From NCBI GenBank assembly GCA_964016885.1, contig OZ024742.1, positions 301,630,001 to 301,694,000 on the forward strand: 64,000 nucleotides of DNA, in the 5' to 3' direction. Shown here piece by piece: positions 24,406 through 37,000 of the stretch. A model generated the notes under the pieces. That model did no database searches, had not been told where the DNA came from, and saw nothing but the letters and a program-made list of their open reading frames with translations. Source of the stretch: Eledone cirrhosa. Taxonomy: Eukaryota. Positions within the stretch are counted from its first letter, which is position 1. The number at the start of each line of letters is the position of its first letter. The position numbers and the translations under genes are program-made.

Positions 24406-25099
24406 ATGTCTCACTCATATAGGACTATCTGGCAGGTTTTTTTATGGCTATACATATATATATGGAGAATAGGATGACTGTGTAGTTGCTAGTTAAGGTA
24501 CGCTTAAAAATAAGAATAAGAAGAAGAAAGCAAAAATGGGGGGGGGGGGGGCTCGTCAGTTGTCTACTGAGGGTCCGAGACCCCAGTAGACAACCGACAT
24601 ACATATACACATGTATGATGGCTGCAACTCAATTTCTAGTAAAGCCATCACTTGATAGTTAAGCATGGGTATGACGGACGTGGCTTTTTAGTCCTGTTAG
24701 GGACTTGCCCATGGCCAGCAATACCATGCATTGCAAAAAAACGTCACATACCAAGTGATAACTGTGCTTGAAGCTTTTTCAATTGAGGAAAGTACATAGA
24801 GATTCTCTGTCATTTCTGATGAATGCTCCAGTTGATTCAATCAATGGAACTGCCAGCTCGTGAAATCCCCGTCTAATTGGCTGAGTATTCCACAGACACT
24901 CACACCCTTAACGTAGTCCTCAGGTAGATTCAGCATGACCCAATGTGTAACAAGGCTGGGACCTTGAATTACAGGTAGTTTAATTTTGCCAGCTGAGCGC
25001 TTGCACTGCCTGTTCTGGGAATCAAACTTGCAACTCTATGATCCCGAGTCAAAACATCCTAACCACTAAACCACACACTTCATGCTTATATACAGTTGT

Positions 25100-26130
25100 A
25101 TGAGGGTGGGCTAAAATGTTCATAGCCTGACTATAAAGGAGTGATGCTAGTGCTGAGAAATCTTGCATGCATTGATTTTAACTCTTGTTAATAACTGCAT
25201 TGTTTCTTTCTAGATAAACTGACAACTGACTGTTCAAAGACTTCAAAAGTAACTAGTAGCAACTTCTCTTGAAAATGGATAAAATTTAGCATCGTGGTGT
25301 CATCAAGTACCTGCAGAAAAAGAGTTTAGCCCCCAAGGACATTCATGCTGACATGGTTGCTACATTAGGTGATACTCCAGCTTTATCATCAGTGCAAAAA
25401 TATACAGCTGAATTTAGAAGCAAGGAGAGTCTTGAAGATAAACCAAGGTCTGGACATCCTGCAACTGTCATCACCAAGGAAAACATTGATTGTCTTCACC
25501 ATATGGTGATGGATGACAGTGATTGACTATAAATCAAATAGCCAATGCCATTAGCATATCCTGTAAGAGACTTGATAATATTCTGCACAATGAACTTGGC
25601 ATGACAAAGGTTTCTGCTTGGTGAGAGCCACCTATCAAAAGCACACCAAGCTGATCACATCATGGAAAATTTGACATTGTTTGAGGAAAATCAAGCAGGT
25701 TTCCTTTGAGACAGAGACAAAGACACAATCCATGCAGTGGAAACAATTCCTCAGCTGCTCCAAAGAAGGCCAAGTTTGTTTCATCTGCAGGGAAAGTGAT
25801 GGCCTGTTTTGGGTGATCAAAAGGCATTATGTCTATTGATTATCTTCAAAAGGGACACACCATCAATAGAGAGTACTATACCAACTAAGGCTATCAAGAC
25901 CAAACTCCCAGGAATACTGATGAAAGGGGTTTTGTTTTATAAGAACAATGTTTCAAGACAAGTCCTTTGTTTCAATGGCTGCTGTGCATAACTGGCTTTG
26001 AACTGATTGACTACCCTCCCTGTTCACATGATTTGACCCATCTGTTCCATAACATGAAAAACCACTTAGCTGGGAACTAGTATTGCAGTGATGACGTCAC
26101 ATCTGCTGTTGACTTTTTTTTACCAACAGG
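25100..26130 (+). mobile_element. Degenerate mariner transposon
   Basis: HRGVIKYLQKKSLAPKDIHADMVATLG..SVQKY..EF..SLEDKPRSGHP..TKENID, with later catalytic-domain remnants and many stops/indels. Confidence 0.8.
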
Positions 26131-26793
26131 ATCCATTATCATCATCACCATCATCGTTTTAATATCCACTTTTCCTGCTGGCAAGGGTTGGACAGATTTA
26201 CATAGACCAAGTCAGTACTGAAGCAGTGGTACAAAGCTGAACTGCATCTCATCAAAGTTAACTTGATCCTTGATCAGTTGTGCTATAACTCTTTCCATAA
26301 CTTTCATGACCTTGTCCATCAACTTAATGCCTCCAAATGTGTGGTCCACCATTCCAGATATATATATATATACACATATATACACATACAAAAATACACA
26401 ATACAAAAACAAATTTGTATTCAGAAGTACACATCGTGCAACCACATATTTATTTCACAACTACACGCACATATATATATACACACACTTACCTGGAATT
26501 ATTGTTGTTTGACAGCTGTGTATGTGTGTAAATTCTCACCAGGTTTTCTACACCAAAATAGAATACATTAACTAACAAAATTTCAGTCAACTAACTCATT
26601 GTTTTTAAAGTATTTTAATTCTGTAATGGAACGATTATATCCAACAGGTGTTAGGTAAAGTAATGAATTAAAAGATTCTCATTAACTTTTAGCAAGACTA
26701 TTCTTTTCTATATCGTGAAATGCCACAAAGTTTCTATATAGTTAGTAAAAATGATGCACTCAACCTGATGAAGGACACTCTATAGTTGTTTAA

Positions 26794-26989
26794 CCCTTAA
26801 GCATTTACATTACTATTATATTTTCATAGTAAATGCTTTATCTCACATAATTTACAAGATTCTGATGATGTTATAATTAACTTTGAGAACAATACCTCAA
26901 CGTCAGTATGAATGGCCAGTTATGGGTGATTTGAACAGAATGAAGTGAGAGAATTCTGGCTAGATATAGTTCGTTTAAATTCTAAAGGG
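26794..26989. mobile_element. piggyBac-like MITE (TTAA|CCC...GGG|TTAA)
   Basis: TTAA at 26790 and 26990 flanks ccctt...aaggg ends. A related copy lies at ~38180-38370. Confidence 0.6.
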
Positions 26990-28092
26990 TTAACCTGCAA
27001 GAAATATCAACCAAATTGTTTTCAAAATCTTGAAAAAACAAAGACATGTTGAATAATGTAATCTTATTTCATTGTCTATTTTTCTTTTACACTCTGTAAG
27101 GTGGTTGGTGATATGTAGGGCATCAAGAATTGAGAGGACTCTTCAGTTCTGTAAAGAGTACAGCAACCTCAAGGGTTGGTGACATGATAAAACATACCCA
27201 ATACACACTGTTGTGTGGAAATGTGAGAGCTCAGTAGCACTGATTATGTACTGACATTATCTGTGACAACCCATCACCCTTGTAAACAGGGAAAATGGAT
27301 GCTGAATAATGAGGATGATTACTGTTTAATCAGAGAGAGAAGGGAGTGAGATTGTAGGAGGGAAGGGTGTGCTCATGTCCCTTTTCAGTGCTTCCTCTAA
27401 GACGGTGGGAGGAAGGAAGAAAAGTATTCTCAAAGTGGACTCTACTAATGACTCTGCAAGTTTACTTTCAGAATAAATGATGGTGCAATCACTGATGGAG
27501 TGTTTTTTATCACAGGTCTGTTCAGAGCTGACTTTGGGTTAATTAAGGTAGGTGTTATGATATGTATATATGGCTAAATCAAGCAAAGAAGAGAGTCTGT
27601 GATTCATAACATATCAATAGTATTGCATTGTCTGCAGTCAATACCTTTACTTTTATGTGGCTGCATACACCTAGCTTAAAATAGCCACCTCAAGCTAACA
27701 AATGAGCTTTATGTAATTGCTTGGCTTGCTAGAAATAGCAACTAAATCTGCTTTAAATAAAGACACACTGGGCAATGTTGTCTCTAATATATATATATAC
27801 AAAACGTTTCAGGAACATCTTTAATGATGAGTTTTCTGGAATAGGGCTGATCCTGAGTTAAACATCATCATTGGTGATAGGTCTGCTGGGACAGGGTTGA
27901 CCTTGTGTTAAACATCAACATTAAAATCTTGACAATGTTGTTTAACCCGCTAGAAACAGCAGCCATATCTCCCTTAAATCGCACCTTATCTTAAAAAGGA
28001 AGAACACATTGGCTAATGTACTTCTAGATACATCATGCCTGAAACTAAGACCAGATTGTTATGCTTGGATTGGTCATCTTTTAAATATAAAA

Positions 28093-28470
28093 TCATCATC
28101 ATTTTACATCCGCTTTTCCCTGCTTACAAGGGTGGGACGGGAACTGATTCTGGCTTGATTTCTACAGCTGGATGCCCTTCCTAACACCCTCATTTACAGT
28201 GAGTGCTGGGTGCTTTTTTGCCGTGATGCCTACACGTCCACTTTACAGTATGGGCCAAGTGCTTTTTTGCCGTGGCACCTCCACAACCACTTTGCAGTGG
28301 AATGATAGGGACCCCAGTCCCTATCATCTCATTTCTACAGCTGAGTAAACTGGAGCAATGTGAAATAAAGTGTCTTGCTCAAGGAAACAACACATCACCC
28401 GGTCTGAGAATTGAACTCACAACCTTTCGAATGCAAGGTCAATGCTCTAACTACTAAGCCATGTGCCTTG
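28093..28470 (-). mobile_element. SINE family A copy
   Basis: Near-identical to 43800-44138 and to the reverse complement of 6145-6512. Confidence 0.8.
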
Positions 28471-28689
28471 ATAAAATACAAAAAATAATTCTATTTTAAC
28501 AATAATAACCATAAGTTATTTTGAATTTGAAATGTGAGTGTCCTGATGTAAATTACCATAATAATAGTCGATCACAATAAATAATAGTTGAGAAAATTTA
28601 ATAAAATACCCCTGGATATGGCAAAAGTGCAGAGGCCTTTACAGGGAATTGAACCTTGTTTCTCTTGGATGACTCACTATCTACTTCAT

Positions 28690-28960
28690 ACAGCTGTCCA
28701 AGTTGAAATACAATCGGGTGGTGGTTTTCTTCAGATGATTTAAGATGAACACTACAAACTACAACTGGCAGGAAACCCAGGGGCAGACCCCAAGCAAGAT
28801 GGTTGGATAACATATCCATAAGTTTGGCTAGTCTCGTTTGAGAATCCAGCCGGATTAATTGGAGACAGTTGCTTCTGACAGGACCTACTGGGAGGAGTGC
28901 TTGAGGACTGTGTCCCCATAACCCTCTCAGGAATAAGTGGGCAAGGAGAATGAAGAAGCA
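28690..28960 (+). mobile_element. Short LINE 3'-end fragment family (also ~30625-30815, 34375-34470 minus, 58900-59070)
   Basis: Shared 'gcagacccc.agcaagatggttggataa..tccat.ag.ttggct.gtctcg' and a GAA-rich tail; encodes an RTE-like GRPRARWLDNI peptide. Confidence 0.6.
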
Positions 28961-29059
28961 AGACTACAAACTATTTAATTCAACAGCAATAATTTTCTGC
29001 TTAGAGATGAAATGAGCCACTAAAATTATGTCATTTTTAATGAAAGAGACTCTAACAGT

Positions 29060-29350
29060 ACAGGCTTCAATTCTACATCTGATAGCTTAGTAGCCATGAC
29101 TAACTGACAATGTACACTTAAATTCCACATATGATAGCTCAATCAATCACCAAGACCGATTGAGACTGTTAGCTTTAATTCAACATCTGGTAGCTCATTC
29201 ACCATGACTGACGCTGTTAGCTTCAATTCTACATCTGGTAGCTCAATTACCAAGACTAACTGACACAAAGCTTCAATTCTACATCTGATAGCTCAATCAG
29301 CAAGACTAACTAACACAAAGCTTCAATACTACATCTGATAACTCAATTAC
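29060..29350. repeat. Degenerate ~48-bp minisatellite
   Basis: Repeated 'gcttcaattctacatctgatagctcaat'. Confidence 0.75.
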
Positions 29351-30907
29351 TTTTATTCTTTAAACCTTTCATTACCAACCCACCTAAAACTGCCCTTGAT
29401 CCTTTTATGCAAAACTATCTAAAGTGTTCATCATCAGCATATTAAAACCTTCGATCAAAATTTTATATAAGAAATTTTAAAGTTATTTATGTTATGCTCC
29501 AAACATCAGTTTAACAAGGAGAAAGTTGTGTTTCATTAGAAATAAAGAAAGAAAAGAGTTAATTGGTAATTGAGGATGTAGTTAAACTGGAACACCACAA
29601 CCTTCAGTTTAGACTGAAGTTATATGAGATCACAGCCTTTAAAGATCTGTTTAGTTAATGTCAACCTCAGTATTTAATATCCTACTCATTTTATCGATCT
29701 TTTTTATTCAATAGCTGAACTCACAGAGTTACGTCCCTTTAACAGAGTTATCTCCTTTGGATTTTTTGATGTAAATATTTCAAGACTTCTGATTTATATT
29801 AGTAAGAAATTAAGACTTCCGTCGGTTTCGACGATGAGCGTTCCAGTTGTTCAATTAACAGAACAGCTTGTTCATGAAATTAGTGTGTATCTATAACGTA
29901 ATCCGCCACGAGAATTACGTGATACAGTGTGTAACAAGGCTGGCCCTTTGAATTACAGGTACAACTCCTTTTTGCCATCTGAGTGAACTGGAGCAAAGTG
30001 AAATAAAGTGTCTTGCTCAAGGACACAATACGCCACTGGGAATCAAACTCGCAACCTTACACTCGTGAGCCAAATACCATAACCTCCAAGGTATCAAAAG
30101 ATACACACACACACACGTGCAAGCATGACATTCTTCCAAACAATTTTCAACTCCTAATTTATGTCATAAGCTATTTGTTAAGCCAAGACAATGGTAAAAA
30201 ACAATTACACAATTTACTATGAAGTGGATTGAATTTGGAACTCTGTGTGAGAGTGTGTGTGTGTGTGTGAGTGAGTATATGTCTTTTTATTGCTCGTAAA
30301 ACCTTGTGTTGAGAAACTTAATAGCAATAAAGTAAAATCAGCTGAGAAAATATATGTAAATAAATGTATTTACTTTATATCACATTTGTTTACTCAAATA
30401 ATTATATGTACACACGTGTATGTAAGTACATGTGTATATAGGTATGTATACCTGAGTACTTACACCAGTAGATTCACACTATGTTCTTATACAGATAACG
30501 TATGTGTGTGTGTTTCTTTATAATTTTATTTGCTTTGGTATGAAAAATATATATAAAAAATAGGGAATTTGCCAGAAAGTGTGTGGAGAAATATGATAGA
30601 CATTTTGTGGTATATCATTATTGTAACCAACTGGCAGGAGACTCAGAGGTAGACCCCGAGCAAGATGGTTGGATAACAACATCCATGAGCTTAGCTGGTC
30701 TCGCTTGGGGATCCAGCTGAATAAGTTGGAGATGGTTGCTTCTGACAGGACCCGCTGGAAGGAGTGTTTGAACACTGCCTCCATGCTCCTCTCAGGAATA
30801 AGTGGGCGAAGAAGATGTTCAATAGACAAAATATAGTTCCTGCCATGTGTTTAGTTCTTCAATTATATGGTGAGTTGAAAATTATTTAAACAAGTGGGTG
30901 GTACCAT

Positions 30908-31079
30908 TCAGTCATCAAATTCTTCTATAACAATTTCTTCAGTATCTGACGTCACAACATTATCTGGTGTGATTGATAATTGACTGTTACTCAGACTCGA
31001 TTCTTTGGAGTCCGAAGAATTTAATAAACTTTTTATACAAGATACTTCACTTTCTTCTAATCTTTCTAAATGTGACAAT
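30908..31079 (-). CDS. RAD17: RAD17 last coding exon (..SNSQL..EEIVIEEFDD*)
   Basis: Acidic C-terminal IxIE(E/D)(F/Y) tail and an SQ motif; stop TGA at 30908-30910. Confidence 0.9.
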
Positions 31080-34000
31080 CTGAAAATAATAAGAATTTCC
31101 ATGTTAATTATAAAAAAGAAAAGTTTAAAAAATCTTTTAGCTTATTATTTAAGAGTTAGTTAAAAGGAAGGGCAGTGCCCATGACCCTGGTCAAAGTTTC
31201 TAAAACTAGAGGGAAGGAGTGGGGAAAGTACACTCAAGTCAGAGATTTGGCCTAAATGTTTTTAACAAAAGCATATTACACTAAAGCTACCCAAGGACCA
31301 GGTAGCAGATTAAGTCTACCACCCAAGGGCTAGGTTGTGTTAAACTCGGCAACAGATTAAGTCTACCACCCAAGAGCCAGGTGGTGGTGTTAAACTGGGC
31401 AATGGATTAAGTCTACCACCCAACGGTGGTGGCGTTAAACTGGTGCTATTAGTCCATTGACATAAACTAATCCACTGACAGACTGGTCACTTTATTTATT
31501 GAAGCCAGATGGATGAAAGGCAAAGTTGACACAAAAGAATTTTAGGAGGAGGAAGAAAGTTGAAGTAAACTTACCTTGATTGTAACTTTGGAAATGTACA
31601 AATGTCATTTACAAATGATATTTGTCCTGGAAATAGTAAATAAGACAACATTAATGACAGAACACAGTCATTGGAAAGAGAAAAAGAGAGAGTATGTGTG
31701 TGGTGTGATTGTGTAAGAGAGTGGTGTGTATGTGTATATGTAAGAGTGTGTACATTTGTGTATAATAATGAATAAATTATTGTGTACAGTGCTGAGGTGC
31801 ACTACAACTCATCAAAGGTGCATCTATAGTACATAGAATAATGTACAAATGTCAGGAAAGTGAACAATGTAGGAGTCATGATATACACACAGACACATGC
31901 ATGTGTGTGTGGAGGGGGAATATCAGGTGTAGTGTTGGTGAATTGCAGGAAGCATGGAAGTTTTGAAGGATCCAGTGTCCCAACAGCTAACAACTCATGC
32001 AGGTAGGTTGTTCAGCAACTCTGAGCATGAAAAGATATTTCTGAAAGTCATGGGAGCTGTGCTGTTTTCTGATTTTGTAAGCATGTCCATGGGTGTTAGA
32101 CACATGGAATTCAAAAAGGTGCTCACGGTTGTTGTTGGCAAGATGGTTAATAATTTTGTGGGTGTCTACCAAGTCAGTTGTCAGACGTTGTATGTGTGTG
32201 TGTGTGTATGCAAGAGTGTGGTGTGTGTGTGTAAGAGTGTGTTGTGCGTGTGTAAGTGTGGTGTGTGTGTGCATTGTACTGCTGCTGCTGTTGTTGTTAG
32301 CATCACAGTATTTCACAGTGGATTTCAAGGGTCCACAGAGTTTACTGGGATTTCATAGCTTTTAATAGAATTTAATGTGTTGGTGTCACTACAACTACAC
32401 CCAGCACGTGATAGGAAGGGTATCCTGCTGTAGAAACTCCACCAAAATAGGGTCAAAAGAACACCTCAGTTGTGTCAAAGACATGATAACCTCTTTAGTG
32501 CTGGTGATAAATGCACCTAGTGTACACTGTAAAGTGGTTGGTGATAGGAAGAGCATCCAGTTGTAGAAAACCTGCTATAGAAAGAAGGAGGACTCTTCAG
32601 TTGTGTCAAAAACATGACAACCTCCTTATGCATGCACCCAGTGCACTCTGAAGAGTGCAAGAATATATGCAACCAAGAAGTGGGCTCCCAGCCTTTTTAG
32701 GAGATTATTAGTTCCAATTCAGTACTGACTTGGATCTGTAATGACCCATCTAACCCTTGCTAGCAGGGGAAACAGATGTTGAATAATAATTGTTTCTACT
32801 TTAGGCACAAGGCCAGCAATTACCCAGTGTATTACTGGTACTTTATTTTATCGACCCCGTAAGGATGAAAGGCAAAATCAACCTCGGCGGGATTTGAACT
32901 CAGATGGTAAAGGGACGTAATTATGCTGGAAAGCATAGCGTCCGACCCTCTACCGATACTGCCAATTCACTGATGTTGAATAATAATGATGATGATACAG
33001 ATAAAGAGAAGTCTTTAGTCTTTTCAAAGACATGACAACCTCCCTAATGCTGGAGCCATGATAAAATGCACACAGTACACCTTGTAAAGTGATTGGTGTT
33101 ATAACAGACATGCAGTCATAGAAACTCTGTCAACATTAGAAGATAGAAACACAACAGGGTTCCCAAACACATCTAGGAGAGCAGTAACACCAAATAAGAA
33201 CTGACTTGAGCTGTAACAACCCATTCAACCAAGACCAGCATGGCAAATGGATGTAAAATGATATATGAGGGGCTTCCTCACAACTTCCCTCTACCAAATC
33301 TTCTCACAAGACATTGGATGGCTTGGGGCTATGATAGAAGGCACCTGTACAAGATGTCGCACCAAGACATTGGTTGGCCTGAGGCTATAGAAGATACCTG
33401 TCCAAGATGCCACACCAAGACATTGGTTGACCTGAGGCTGTAGAAGATACCTGTCCAAGGTGAAATGCAGTGGGATTGAACCTAAAATGATGAGGTGGAA
33501 GAATAAGAAAGAGTTTCTTACGAGGTGAATGCATTACAATATTGGTTAACTTCAGATAGGGAATAATTTCTGTGAGTAAGACTTCATTAGAAACACCACG
33601 AATAGGAACTGAAATAAATAGATAAAGAGTCAGACAGGTTTTAGAGTAGAAAATATTAAAAAGTTATTAATTTTTTTTTTACAACAGTGAGTGGGATGGA
33701 ATGGTCCTCCATCAGTTTCGATGATGAGTGTTCCAATTGTTTAAACAATAATTGTTTCTACTTTTGGCACAAGGCCAGCAATTACCCAGTACATTACTGG
33801 TACTTTATTTTATCGACCCTGTAAGGATGAAAGGCAAAGTTAACCTCGGCGGGATTTGAACTCAGACCGTAAAGAGACGTAACTATGCTTAATCAATAAT
33901 AGATACCAGACCACAGTCCACCTAGCTGTTAGTGATAGGTACGAGGGCAATCCCAAAAGTAAGGTCTCCTTCCGATATTGCAACTTTTCCTTTAAAATCC

Positions 34001-37000
34001 TGTGGATGGTGCTTTGGGAAACCTCAGGAACCAAAATGCAGAGAGCATCCAGAGTGATCCGCCGATCTTTACGCATGTTTTCCTCGGAAGAATACCTTAC
34101 TTTTGGGATTGCCCTCGTATATAATAACTGCACGAAATTCGCACTTGGCGGTAGCGTTCAACAGGAGCTCCATTCTGAACGGCTGCCAAGCCAAGATTGA
34201 GCATCCCAGCGAAGCGCGCGCATGCTTGTTTGGGAGTGAAGGAAGCACCAATCACAACAGTGTTGCCAACAGCTGTACGAACAGTTCCTCTGCGTCCCCA
34301 TCGCTTTGGAGACCTTACTTTTGGGATTACCCTCGTACAATATCAATAGCATTGATGATAAGGTATTTAATTCTTCTTCTTTGCCCACTTATTCCTGAGA
34401 GGATCACAGGGGCAGAGTTCTCAAACACTCCTAGCGGGTGCTGTCAGAAGCAACTGTCTCCAACTGATCCACATAGATTATAGTATTCCAATGCAGAATT
34501 TGTAATGCAAAATGAACTCTAAATATTTACTTCTTTTAAATCAACAGATCTGTGGATAAAGAAGTGAGAAATTAGTGTTTATGCCCTATTCAAGAGCATC
34601 AATGACATTGCAACTGCCTTTAACCAAAACCAGTCTGCTAACTTGCCACACTGAACGCCTTCCTCCAGAACACACATATTTCATAGAATATTGATTTCTT
34701 TTGACTGTAAAGTGCCAAATTTGTTTCTGGGAAGAACATTTTGTCAATTGATATATATATGATGTGTTTTTATTTTCTTAGATATATGTATCATAATTAA
34801 GAGAATCAACTCCACTGCTTTATTTAATGTTAAACTAGACAAAGCAAAACAAAAATACTAGAAGGTACTTAATCCAGTGATTTAGTATTCATATCAAGTT
34901 AATAGCTGATATTCATAAAATATTTTATTGAAGTTAAAAAGAAGTTTAATATTCATTACTTACAACTAAATATATCTTTGCTTGTTTGGGACCGGTCTCT
35001 CAACTAAAACACAGAAAAATGTATATTTTAAAAAAAATGAAAATGATAATTTAAAAATATGAAATATTTAATCATTTGATCATAATTAAATTCTTTTTTA
35101 AATCAAAAGGGTTTTCTTTTTTGAAAATTACATCAACTGAAACTAGAATAAAATATGAATAGGGTCTTAAAGCAAGAATCAGTTGACTTACTAAGCAAAT
35201 CAAAGAATAATGTAACTTACATTGCTTGACAAATTTTAATATCTCAGTATTTCTGTACAATTGTTTGTTAATATAAAAAAATTTTTTTAACTTTTTCTTG
35301 ACATTTATTGAGCTGTAAAGCCAATATATCGGCCTCAATAACAGTGACTCTTTCACTCCTTCCTACATCCTGGATGCTCCAGTGAAGGTAAGGATCACTA
35401 TCTGTATCCATATCCAAATGAAATAAAAGTCCAAAATACTAGGAGTTATTGGGATTCAAGGGAGCTGGGCCACTGACAATGATGTTCTTGTCATTGTTAG
35501 CAGCTTGCCTTTCTGACATTTCAGACAATGCCCATGAGGGTGCTTAGTTATTCTAGCCTTTTAGCCTCGTTATCACCAACAGTAATGCTGCAAGTGTATT
35601 AGGGTGTGCCTAAAAAATTATCAGAGGGAAACTCCAGAACTGCTTGATGTAGCATGTCTTCTACTTCTATATCCAACCACTTTACAGAGTGTACCAGCTC
35701 CATATTATCATGTCATCAACACTTGAGAAGCTGTGCTCTCAACACAACTGAAGAGTCCTCTTAACCCTTTGTTTGGCATGGGTTCTACAGATGGATATGG
35801 GTTTAAATCAACTGTAGTACTCACCTTTCTTCTAACTGAATACATCTCTGGTTTGTGTAAAGGCCTGAACACCATTCGGGTATCTGAATCTTTATCAAAC
35901 GCGTTGCTATGCATCAGACCTCTGGTTGATATAGATACAGCATAGTCCTGTAAGATGTTTCTGCTCTGAAATACCACAGAAATTTGTTGGTTTTTAAGTA
36001 CAGAGAGAAAATGGTTAAGGATCATGAAAATATATAAAATCAATAAACAAATTTATAAACTTTTATCCCTTAACATCATTTAATGATTTATCAGAAAATG
36101 TCTAAAACAGTTTTGTTAATTCTAGTGTTTATACTATCTCTACTAGTGGACAGATCATTGCAAAAAATTTGCAGTAAACTGAAATAAAGACTTTAATATT
36201 TAATACAATGCAGTTATAGTGTTGTTTTGCACTATTTAAGAATACCTTGCTAAAGTAGTTTAATGTGGTACAGGATGATAAAAGTTAAGTAAAACTCACC
36301 AATGTAAAAGATTTACAAATAACAGTCTTACAAATTTGGCAGTGGTATTGAGTACATTAAACAACATTTACTGAAATATGCTAATTAGCATTAAGACTGA
36401 ACACAGTATTTTAACAAGTAAGTTAATAACTAAACATACAGAAGATCTAGGTCTGACTTTACCAACAAACAAGCTGTTAGTGTCAAGTTTAGTTGTTTTA
36501 ACTAGTTTATACACTAACCAAATTTGAATTTAGATCAAGTAATAATCCCATCATGTGTAGTTAACCTCCCAAACCAGTCTGCTTAATCAACAGTGATTCT
36601 TTAACATCATCATCATCATCATTTAAAGTCCATTTTCCACACTAGCAACTAGAAACTAACTACAAAGGTGGTACCACAACAGCAGGATGGAGGGGAGTAG
36701 AGGAGCTTTTGTAGTGTGGACCCAGGTAAACTAGATGGACAGTATAGGGAAATTGATGATGATAATGATTGAGTTTTGAGAATTTAAAAAAAGAAATCAG
36801 CCCACTCTGTAAAATGGCAGTGCTGGTGCCACAATAAAAAGCACCCAGTACATTCTGTAAAATGACAATGCTGGTGCCATAATAAAAAAAAACACCCAGT
36901 ACACTCTGTATGGTGGTAATGCTGGTGCCATGATAAAATAAAATGACCCAATCTACTCTGTCACAGTTAACTGAACTTCAATATATAAATTATAGCCAGT

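Noticed and set aside
26765-26790. CTGATGAAGGACAC resembling another hammerhead start
   Set aside because: No matching stem II 3' strand, GAAA or stem I partner follows.
35221-35312. Exon-like segment (tacag acceptor, gtaagt donor) initially considered as RAD17 exon 14 with a homopolymer frameshift
   Set aside because: It contains an in-frame TAA and has the wrong phase. The 40-nt exon at 34964-35003 bridges exons 13 and 15 cleanly with better similarity.
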